Assembly (NCBI GenBank): GCA_037441845.1 | Contig: JBBIRK010000006.1 | Span: 32,001-96,000, forward strand | Source of the DNA: Candidatus Zixiibacteriota bacterium | GTDB taxonomy: Bacteria > Zixibacteria > MSB-5A5 > UBA10806 > 4484-95 | Reading direction: 5' to 3' | Length of the DNA stretch: 64,000 bases | Shown: piece by piece, positions 56,131 to 64,000 of the stretch | Position numbering within the stretch: the stretch's first letter is position 1 | How the letters are laid out: each line of letters starts with the position of its first letter | The notes under the pieces: generated by a model | The model's input: the letters and a program-made list of their open reading frames with translations, nothing else | What the model was told of the DNA's origin: nothing | Database searches by the model: none | Position numbers and translations under genes: made by a program

Positions 56131-58956
56131 ATGAATACGAATTACTTGATAATCAAAGGTGCCCGCGAACATAACCTCAAAAATATCGATGTCACGATCC
56201 CGCGAAACAAGCTGGTGGTCATAACCGGCTTGTCCGGCTCCGGCAAATCATCGTTGGCGTTCGATACCCTTTACGCCGAAGGACAAAGGCGCTACGTCGA
56301 ATCGCTCTCCGCATACGCAAGGCAATTCCTCGGCTTGATGGAAAAGCCGAACGTCGATTTCATCGATGGCTTATCGCCCGCGATTTCCATCGAGCAGCGT
56401 TCGGCGGCCAAAAACCCGCGTTCCACGGTCGGCACCGTCACCGAGATTTACGACTACCTGCGTCTGCTTTACGCCCGTGTGGGGATCCCTCATTGCTGGA
56501 AATGCAAAGAGCCGATAAAACAGCAGACGGTCCAACAGATTGCCGATTCCATTCTCGAATTGCCGATCAACAGCCGGGTGAATATTCTGGCGCCTGTGGT
56601 CAGGGGGCGTAAAGGTGAGTTCAAGGAGGTTTTCGATGATATACGGCGCGAGGGGTTCGTCAGGGTGCGTGTCGATAAGGACATGATAGAGATCGACGAG
56701 ACGCCCGACCTTGACAAGAACAAAAAACATACCATTGAAATCGTGGTGGATCGCCTGATCATAAAACATGATATCGGGCGCCGCCTGACCGATTCACTGG
56801 AAACGGCCCTCAAGCTCGGTTCGGGACTTGTGGTCGTCGATTCGCCGGGAAAAGGTGAAAGGCTGTTTTCCGAACGGTTCGCCTGCGAAAAATGCGGCCT
56901 GTCATACGAGGAACCATCGCCGCGCATGTTCTCGTTCAATTCCCCCTACGGCGCCTGTCCCGATTGCTCCGGTCTCGGATTCAAAATGGAACTCGATCCG
57001 GCTTTGGTGGTGCCCGATCCATCGCTGTCGATAAATCAGGGAGCGATCGCCCCTTGGGGAATACCCCGCGGCGGCTATTATTTCAGCATGTTGAAGGCGA
57101 TCGCTCAACATTATGGTTTTTCGCTGGCCGCTCCTTTTGAAACATTATCGCAAAAAAACAAAGACATAATCCTTTACGGTTCAGGCAAAGACGAAGTCAA
57201 ATTCGTCTGGAATCACTCCGACGGTCGCGGTGTCTGGGAGCGTCGCGATCGTTTCGAGGGCGTGATCAACAACCTCCGCCGCCGTTATCACCAGACGCAA
57301 TCGGCCGCAATACGAGAGTGGATCGAGCAATTCATGTCGATAAAGCCATGCGCTTCCTGCGATGGGGCGCGCCTGAAACCTGAAGTGCTGTCGGTGATGA
57401 TCGACAACTACTCGATCGCAAGAGTGAGCGCCATGTCGGTGAAGGCCGCGCGGGCTTTTTTCGCCGGGCTGAAGCTGGATAAAAGGCGGGCTTCGATCGC
57501 CAAACAGATCCTGAAAGAAATCAATCAGCGACTGACTTTTCTAATAAACGTCGGTCTCGATTATCTAACCCTCGACCGAACCGCGATGAGCCTTTCCGGA
57601 GGCGAAGCGCAGCGAATCAGATTGGCGACCCAAATCGGCTCCCGACTTGTAGGAGTGCTGTATATCCTCGACGAACCTTCGATCGGCCTCCACCAACGAG
57701 ATAACCGTCGCTTGCTGAACACCTTGATTTCTTTGCGCGATCTCGGCAACACCGTAGTGGTGGTCGAGCACGATCGGGAAACGATCGAAACCGCCGATCA
57801 CGTGATCGATCTCGGGCCCGGCGCCGGCACCAAAGGCGGTTATGTCGTCGCCGCCGGAACACCTGCGGCGATAAAGCGCTCGCCGAAATCTATAACCGGT
57901 AAATATCTTTCAGGAAAGATGTCGATACCGGTGCCGGCGGCAAGAAGAAAAAGCAGCGACAAAATCATTATCAAGAATGCGCGCGGCAACAACCTTAAAA
58001 AAATCACCGTCGAAATCCCACTCGGAATCTTCACCTGCGTAACCGGAGTTTCCGGCTCCGGGAAATCGACTCTCGTCAATGAAACGCTGTTCAAGGTTAT
58101 GGCTCAGCGGTTCTATCACTCCAAGACTCAGCCGCTGCCCTGTGACTCCGTTCTCGGACTTGAAAAAATCGATAAAGTCATAGATATAGATCAATCGCCC
58201 ATCGGACGGACCCCCCGTTCCAATCCCGCCACCTATACCGGCTTGTTCACTCCTATTCGAGACTTGTTTTCCCAATTGCCCGAATCCCGAGCCCGGGGCT
58301 ACGGCCCCGGACGATTTTCTTTCAACGTTCGGGGTGGGCGTTGCGAGGCCTGCGAGGGAGACGGCATCATAAAGATCGAAATGCACTTTCTGCCCGATGT
58401 TTACGTGCCTTGCGAAGTTTGCAAGGGTGCCCGTTACAATCGAGACACTCTCGAGATCAGGTATCGAGGAAAATCGATCGCCGACGTCCTGAACATGACG
58501 GTCGATGAGGCGCTCGAGTTTTTCCATAACATTCCGACCATCCAACGCAAGCTGGAAACGCTGGCTGGAGTCGGTCTCGGCTATATCCGCCTCGGCCAGC
58601 AGGCCACGACCCTTTCGGGCGGCGAGGCGCAAAGGGTAAAATTGTCGACCGAGCTATCGAAAGTGGCAACCGGCAACACCTTCTATATGCTCGATGAACC
58701 GACTACGGGGCTGCATTTCGATGATATCCGGCAGTTGCTTGTCGTTTTGAATACACTGGTCGATCGCGGTAATACCGTGCTGGTGATCGAACATAACATG
58801 GACGTGATTAAGACTGCCGATTGGATCATCGATTTGGGCCCCGAAGGAGGCGACGAGGGGGGATACGTGGTGGCCGCTGGCACTCCGGAACAGGTGGCCG
58901 CCAATCCGAAAAGTTATACCGGCATGTTCTTGAGAAAGGAATTGGGCTTGGAATAA
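56131..58956 (+). CDS. uvrA: Excinuclease ABC subunit A
   Basis: [24 protein letters not shown], zinc fingers, and two [11 protein letters not shown] signatures. Confidence 0.98.
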   Translation: MNTNYLIIKGAREHNLKNIDVTIPRNKLVVITGLSGSGKSSLAFDTLYAEGQRRYVESLSAYARQFLGLMEKPNVDFIDGLSPAISIEQRSAAKNPRSTVGTVTEIYDYLRLLYARVGIPHCWKCKEPIKQQTVQQIADSILELPINSRVNILAPVVRGRKGEFKEVFDDIRREGFVRVRVDKDMIEIDETPDLDKNKKHTIEIVVDRLIIKHDIGRRLTDSLETALKLGSGLVVVDSPGKGERLFSERFACEKCGLSYEEPSPRMFSFNSPYGACPDCSGLGFKMELDPALVVPDPSLSINQGAIAPWGIPRGGYYFSMLKAIAQHYGFSLAAPFETLSQKNKDIILYGSGKDEVKFVWNHSDGRGVWERRDRFEGVINNLRRRYHQTQSAAIREWIEQFMSIKPCASCDGARLKPEVLSVMIDNYSIARVSAMSVKAARAFFAGLKLDKRRASIAKQILKEINQRLTFLINVGLDYLTLDRTAMSLSGGEAQRIRLATQIGSRLVGVLYILDEPSIGLHQRDNRRLLNTLISLRDLGNTVVVVEHDRETIETADHVIDLGPGAGTKGGYVVAAGTPAAIKRSPKSITGKYLSGKMSIPVPAARRKSSDKIIIKNARGNNLKKITVEIPLGIFTCVTGVSGSGKSTLVNETLFKVMAQRFYHSKTQPLPCDSVLGLEKIDKVIDIDQSPIGRTPRSNPATYTGLFTPIRDLFSQLPESRARGYGPGRFSFNVRGGRCEACEGDGIIKIEMHFLPDVYVPCEVCKGARYNRDTLEIRYRGKSIADVLNMTVDEALEFFHNIPTIQRKLETLAGVGLGYIRLGQQATTLSGGEAQRVKLSTELSKVATGNTFYMLDEPTTGLHFDDIRQLLVVLNTLVDRGNTVLVIEHNMDVIKTADWIIDLGPEGGDEGGYVVAAGTPEQVAANPKSYTGMFLRKELGLE

Positions 58957-59233
58957 TCACCGGAAGTCCCGGGAAAAATTCCGTTCGTAAATGATCGGCA
59001 ACTGAATTTTGGCAAAAGGGGAACCCGAAGAAACATTGACTGATTACTGGCTAAACCGTCGTAATTTCCTCCCCACTCGAGAATGGCTGATCATGCCTCC
59101 TTGCAATGCCGCCGCCTGGGGTCAATATAGGTAGCGATTTTCATGATCAAAAGGATCCCGGGTAAAACGGCGAAAACATCCGGGATTGCAGAATGTTGTA
59201 TGCTGCCGAACATGGCTCCGGCATAGCAAAACA

Positions 59234-59262
59234 TTGACATGGCGATGGTCGTTTATTATTTT
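59234..59262 (+). promoter_or_regulatory. sigma70-like promoter of EF-G paralog
   Basis: TTGACA-N17-TATTTT. Confidence 0.6.
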
Positions 59263-59300
59263 GAAATTTCGCGAAAATTATACGGGCCTTTGGAGGAAAG

Positions 59301-61388
59301 ATGAAAGAGCATACGATCGATAAAATTCGGAATGTAGGATTTGCCGGCCACGGCGGAACCGGCAAGACATCGCTTGTCGAAGCTATCCTGTTTGCCGGCA
59401 AGGTCACCACCAGGCTCGGCAGCACCGACGCCGGCAACACGGTAACCGATTACGCCGAAGACGAAATCAGCCGCAAAATCTCTATCGGTCTTGCTCTGGG
59501 TAACCTCGAATGGAAAGGCTGCAAATTCAATTTGATCGATATGCCCGGTTACACCGATTTTTTCGGTGAAGTAGTAGGCGGCTTGAGAGTTTCCGATATC
59601 GCCATGATCACGGTCAATGCCGTCTCGGGTATCGAGGTCGGAACCGATATGGTTTGGCGTCAGGCCGTAAAATACGATATAGCCAGGGCGTTTTTTATAA
59701 ACCGGATGGACAAGGAACACGCGGATTTCGGCAAATGCGTCGCCGCCATTCAAGAAACTTATTCAAATCATGCCGTGCCCATAACGGTTCCTATGGGCGA
59801 GGGATTGAGTTTCGCCGGAATAATAGACCTTCTCAGCATGAAAGCGGTCATCGCCGAAAAGGACGGTTCGGCGAAAATCAAAGATATCCCGGCGGAGTAC
59901 AAAGATTATGCGGCAAAATGGCACGAAAAAATGGTGGAAGCGGCCGCCGAAAACGACGAAGCCTTGATGGAAAAATTTTTCGATCAGGGGAGCCTCTCCG
60001 AAGATGAAGTGAAGATTGGTCTTGCCAAAGGTATAGCCGACCGGAACTTATTCCCGATCTTTTGTGGCTCGGCCGTGACCACCGCCGGTGTGGCCACCAT
60101 GATGGATATTTTGGCAGCGATCGGACCAGCGCCGAATTATAAGCCGGAAATCAAAACAGTCGTCGATGGCAAGGAAATCGCGCGCAAAATCGCGGTCGAC
60201 CAGCCGACGGCCGCGCTCGTATTCAAGACGATTTCCGAACCGCACGTCGGAGAGTTGTCTTTTTTCAAGGTGTTTTCAGGTTCCGTAAAAGTCGGCGACG
60301 ATTTGTTGAATATGACCAACAGCACGAACGAGCGAATCGGGCAGATATTCACTCTGAACGGCAAAGAACGTAAAGAAATCGACGGCATAGCCGCAGGGGA
60401 TATCGGAGCCCTCGTAAAGTTGAAGGCGACGCGCAGCGGGGACACACTGGCCGACAAAAATTCGCCCATAAAACTCCCGCCGATAGAATTTCCCAAGCCG
60501 GTGATAAATATGGCGATCAAGGCCAGGGCCAAAGGCGATGAGGAAAAAATCGCCAGCGGCCTTTCGAAATTGCGCGATGAAGATCCCACCATCCAAATGG
60601 TGGTCGACGCCGATCTCAAGCAGACTCTTATATACGGCCAGGGCGAACTTCACCTCGAGGTCGTTATCGATAGGCTTAAACGAAAATTCGGAGTGGAGGT
60701 CGATCTATCGAAACCGCGCGTGCCTTATCGGTCCACTATCCGCAAAAAAGTGGAAGTGCAGGGCAAATATAAACGGCAAACCGGCGGCCGCGGCCAATAC
60801 GGCGATTGTTGGTTGAGGCTCGAACCGTTGCCGAGAGGACAGGACTTCGAATTCGTCGATGCTATCGTAGGCGGGGCGATTCCCGGCAAATACCTGCCTT
60901 CCGTCGAAAAAGGAATTCTCGAGGCCAGGGAAGAGGCCGGATTGGCGGGCACCAAAGTCGTCGATTTCAAGGTCACCTGCTTCGATGGCTCCTACCATAC
61001 CGTCGATTCTTCCGATATGGCATTCAAAATCGCCGCCTCAATGGGATTCAAAGATGGATTCGCCAAGGCCGATCCCTACCTCCTCGAGCCGATATATAAT
61101 ATAGAGGTTCTGGTGCCCGAGGAATACATGGGAGATGTCATGGGCGATATTTCCTCCCGTCGCGGCAAAATCCTCGGAATGGGCGCAGACGGCAAAATGC
61201 AGAGAATAAAGGCCCAAGTGCCACTCGGCGAGCTTTATAAATATTCGACCTCATTAAGGTCGCTAACGCAAGGACGCGGAACCCACACCCGTGAATTTTC
61301 CCATTACGAAGAAGTCCCGCGGGAAATCGCGGCGCGAACGATCGAAGAGCTCGAAAAAGAGAGAGCAGAGGAAGAAAAAACCCGCTGA
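59301..61388 (+). CDS. fusA: Elongation factor G paralog (EF-G-like / fusA2)
   Basis: Five-domain EF-G architecture: GHGGTGKT, DMPG, GQGELHL, QTGGRGQYG, GSYHTVDSS, LRSLTQGRG. Not in an rpsL-rpsG context. Confidence 0.9.
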   Translation: MKEHTIDKIRNVGFAGHGGTGKTSLVEAILFAGKVTTRLGSTDAGNTVTDYAEDEISRKISIGLALGNLEWKGCKFNLIDMPGYTDFFGEVVGGLRVSDIAMITVNAVSGIEVGTDMVWRQAVKYDIARAFFINRMDKEHADFGKCVAAIQETYSNHAVPITVPMGEGLSFAGIIDLLSMKAVIAEKDGSAKIKDIPAEYKDYAAKWHEKMVEAAAENDEALMEKFFDQGSLSEDEVKIGLAKGIADRNLFPIFCGSAVTTAGVATMMDILAAIGPAPNYKPEIKTVVDGKEIARKIAVDQPTAALVFKTISEPHVGELSFFKVFSGSVKVGDDLLNMTNSTNERIGQIFTLNGKERKEIDGIAAGDIGALVKLKATRSGDTLADKNSPIKLPPIEFPKPVINMAIKARAKGDEEKIASGLSKLRDEDPTIQMVVDADLKQTLIYGQGELHLEVVIDRLKRKFGVEVDLSKPRVPYRSTIRKKVEVQGKYKRQTGGRGQYGDCWLRLEPLPRGQDFEFVDAIVGGAIPGKYLPSVEKGILEAREEAGLAGTKVVDFKVTCFDGSYHTVDSSDMAFKIAASMGFKDGFAKADPYLLEPIYNIEVLVPEEYMGDVMGDISSRRGKILGMGADGKMQRIKAQVPLGELYKYSTSLRSLTQGRGTHTREFSHYEEVPREIAARTIEELEKERAEEEKTR

Positions 61389-61556
61389 TTCGCCGGAACT
61401 TATACTTATATTTTGCCTGCTCTTGGGCTGCCTTACCGGCAGCCCTTATCATTTATATATGCCGAAAAAAATCGATCGATTTTGACTCAGGTCAAAGCCT
61501 TTTTTCGAAACGGCGCCGAAATTACTCTTGAAGATACCATTAAGATCGGAGTGAAA

Positions 61557-62318
61557 ATGGCAATCAGGAAAATAATCGAAATCGACGAGGAAAAATGCGA
61601 TGGTTGCGGTCTGTGTATCCCGGGATGCCCCGAAGGCGCACTCAAGATAATCGACGGCAAGGCCAAATTGGTGAATGAATCATATTGCGATGGTATGGGT
61701 GCTTGCATCGGAGAATGTCCGAGAAATGCCATAAAAATGATTGAAAGAGAAGCGCCGGAATTCGATGAAGAGGGCGCTAAACACAATATCGCCTTGATAT
61801 CGGCTCGGTCGGCCCAGATTAAAACTTGGCCGGCTTGCCCCGGGTCGGCAGTGCGGAATTTCGATGATTCGACTGCGGCGCCGCCATTACCGGAACGGCT
61901 GTCTGTACCGCGGCTGACCAATTGGCCGGTGCAATTAATGCTGGTGCCGCCTGCCGCTGATTACCTGCGCAATGCCGATTTGCTGATCTGCGCCGATTGT
62001 GTCCCCTTTGCCATAGCCGATTTTCACGACCGCTACCTTTTGGGCAGAAAAGTGTTGGTAGGGTGCCCCAAACTCGATGACTTGAATTATTATTTTGAAA
62101 AATTAAAGACGATATTTCAAACGGCCGAGCCGAACAGCCTGCTCGTCCTGAAAATGGAGGTGCCATGTTGCAACGGTATCGCCTCGGCCGCCATGGCCGC
62201 CCGCGATGCCGTAATGCCGCATTTGAAAATGGATGTTCAGACGATCGGGATTCAAGGCTCGATCATCACCGGTGATATTAAAAAGGGAAAATTGCCGTTC
62301 GGGAATCGCAATGCCTGA
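61557..62318 (+). CDS. 4Fe-4S dicluster (ferredoxin-like) protein
   Basis: CDGCGLCIPGCP and CDGMGACIGECP, plus LTNWPVQL, ADC, GCPKLD and MEVPCC motifs. Confidence 0.9.
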   Translation: MAIRKIIEIDEEKCDGCGLCIPGCPEGALKIIDGKAKLVNESYCDGMGACIGECPRNAIKMIEREAPEFDEEGAKHNIALISARSAQIKTWPACPGSAVRNFDDSTAAPPLPERLSVPRLTNWPVQLMLVPPAADYLRNADLLICADCVPFAIADFHDRYLLGRKVLVGCPKLDDLNYYFEKLKTIFQTAEPNSLLVLKMEVPCCNGIASAAMAARDAVMPHLKMDVQTIGIQGSIITGDIKKGKLPFGNRNA

Positions 62319-63384
62319 CATCAAGTTCGATATCGGCATAGCCAAAAGACTGAGCCGAAAGTTATTGCAAAGGCCTTTGACCGGTGTTTCCGGTGCAGGA
62401 AATCGATTCAGATTCGCAGTGCAGCTCGGTTTCCTTCTGCTTTGTCTTTGGATAGGCCTGGAATTTCATCTATTTGTCAAATATCTCGAAAGCGGCGGGA
62501 CCATCGGCTCATCTTTTCGCCCACCAGGCGTCGAGGGTTTTCTGCCGATCAGCTCTTTAATGGCCGCCTATCTATTCGTCCTCACTGGTGAAATCCATCC
62601 CGCCCACCCGGCAGGGCTTTTCATTTTGTTGGCGATTGTTCTGGTTTCCATGATCTTTTCCAAATCGTTTTGCTCATGGATATGCCCGGTCGGACTGCTT
62701 TCCGAATCGCTTCATAATCTCGGGCAGAAATTGATCGGCCGGAGATTACGGTTGCCGCGGATTATCGATAGCATCTTAAGATCGCTGAAATATCTCTTGC
62801 TGGCGTTTTTCGTCTATTCGATCTTTTTTCTAATGGACAACGTTTCCCTTAAAGCGTTTCTGGATAGCCCATACAATCTCGTCGCCGATATAAAGATGTA
62901 TTATTTCTTCGCCCATATCTCCAGGCTTACGCTTTACGTATTGTTCGGATTGATTTTACTGTCGATATTCATACCGAATTTCTGGTGCCGTTATCTTTGT
63001 CCTTATGGCGCACTTCTCGGAACGCTCTCGCTACTTGCGCCGGCGAAAATTCGGCGTGATCAATCTTTATGTATCGACTGCGGCTTGTGCGCACAGGCAT
63101 GCCCCTCAATGATTAAAGTCGATAAACGCAGGACGGTGATATCGGATGAATGTACCAGCTGTCTTAGCTGCACCGATGCCTGTCCGGTCGAGGGCGCGCT
63201 CTTATACGGCACCGCCGGAAAAAAGAGCTATTTAAGCGCGCCGCTTTTAGCTGTTGCCATTGTCGGCATATTCGTGGCCGTAACCGGATTGGCGATGATT
63301 TTGGGACATTGGCATAATCGGATCACGATTGAAGAGTATTTTCGGCATATGCAGAATATAGAGTCATACGACCACCCGCGTTGA
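62311..63384 (+). CDS. Membrane 4Fe-4S-binding protein (NapH/YccM-like)
   Basis: TM helices, FCSWICP, WCRYLCP and two CxxCxxCxxxCP motifs. Confidence 0.9.
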   Translation: MPDIKFDIGIAKRLSRKLLQRPLTGVSGAGNRFRFAVQLGFLLLCLWIGLEFHLFVKYLESGGTIGSSFRPPGVEGFLPISSLMAAYLFVLTGEIHPAHPAGLFILLAIVLVSMIFSKSFCSWICPVGLLSESLHNLGQKLIGRRLRLPRIIDSILRSLKYLLLAFFVYSIFFLMDNVSLKAFLDSPYNLVADIKMYYFFAHISRLTLYVLFGLILLSIFIPNFWCRYLCPYGALLGTLSLLAPAKIRRDQSLCIDCGLCAQACPSMIKVDKRRTVISDECTSCLSCTDACPVEGALLYGTAGKKSYLSAPLLAVAIVGIFVAVTGLAMILGHWHNRITIEEYFRHMQNIESYDHPR

Positions 63385-63489
63385 TGATCACGCTGTTTCG
63401 TTGTATTATAGATAGTCAACGAATGTAATCGGCTTGCGAATCAGTCCCCATAATTTTTAAAAAATGCTTGACAGGGGCGCGCAATATTA

Positions 63490-63526
63490 TTAACTATCCG
63501 TATAGTTAAACTAACGATTTAGTTAA
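63490..63526. promoter_or_regulatory. Tandem palindromic operators upstream of TetR gene
   Basis: TTAACTAT-CCGT-ATAGTTAA and AACTAA-CGAT-TTAGTT, downstream of TTGACA at 63468. Confidence 0.75.
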
Positions 63527-63538
63527 TTCGGACCGCTG

Positions 63539-64000
63539 ATGGAAACCCGGGACTCGATAATCGCCTCCGCCAAAAACGAATTCGCCCGATTCGGGTTCGA
63601 AGGCGCCCGGGTCGATAGAATCGCTCGCCTTGCCAAAGTCAATAAAGCGATGATCTATTATCATTTCGGTTCGAAAAAACGGCTTTATCGAGCGGTCATT
63701 GAAAATCAATTATCCACCAAAGCCGATTTTATAGAAGCCATCTTGCGGCAGGACTTGACCATAGACGAATTCGTTCTGCAACTTGCGTCATTTTACGCCC
63801 GGGTTTTTTCCGATAATGAATTCCTTCCCATATTTCTGCGTGAATTGGCCTCAGGCGGAATTCAAGTCAAAGAGATTATTCTGAAAACGATCAGCCAGAA
63901 AAATCTAACCGCCAAATTAAGAAATTATTTCGAGGCCGAAATGGCTTCCGGCCGAATTCGCCGGGTCAACATTGAACATGCAATTATTTCGTTTATCGGC
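63539..64000 (+). CDS. TetR/AcrR-family regulator (3'-truncated; absent from ORF track)
   Basis: Manual translation gives METRDSIIASAKNEFARFGFEGARVDRIARLAKVNKAMIYYHFGSKKRLY, a classic TetR HTH. Confidence 0.93.
   Translation, partial: METRDSIIASAKNEFARFGFEGARVDRIARLAKVNKAMIYYHFGSKKRLYRAVIENQLSTKADFIEAILRQDLTIDEFVLQLASFYARVFSDNEFLPIFLRELASGGIQVKEIILKTISQKNLTAKLRNYFEAEMASGRIRRVNIEHAIISFIG

Noticed and set aside
59044..59102. 16-aa minus-strand ORF after AAGGAGG in the uvrA-fusA gap
   Set aside because: The SD is only 1 nt from the ATG and there is no other support.
1..64000. Mobile elements, prophage, defence systems, tRNA/rRNA, selenoproteins
   Set aside because: No integrase, transposase or restriction/Cas genes, no cloverleafs, and no in-frame TGA at Cys positions were recognised by eye.

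Overview
Ordinary, gene-dense bacterial chromosome of about 50-55% GC with roughly 55 protein-coding genes. I found no rRNA, tRNA, CRISPR array, transposase or phage genes. The outer-membrane gene content (two Omp85-family barrels, a GWxTD protein, four parvulin PPIases, a secreted protein ending in TWGKIKALFK) points to a diderm, probably anaerobic, FCB-group candidate lineage such as Zixibacteria; this is inference only. Housekeeping genes include tsaD, ltaE, recX, gatAB, purN/purC/purH, rex, an RsbV/RsbW/RsbU-like module, mfd, hflX, uvrA and an EF-G paralog. The best leads are: (1) a pdaD-methyltransferase-speB-methyltransferase operon that may make methylated polyamines, whose first methyltransferase appears to need a non-canonical start; (2) a possible C-terminal sorting motif TWGKIKALFK alongside several uncharacterised envelope genes; (3) an ORF-free, compositionally odd ~500 bp stretch between purH and rex; (4) a transglutaminase-like/ABC exporter operon; (5) a candidate operator over the uvrA -10 box. 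All functional calls come from motif recognition by eye; no database searches were run.
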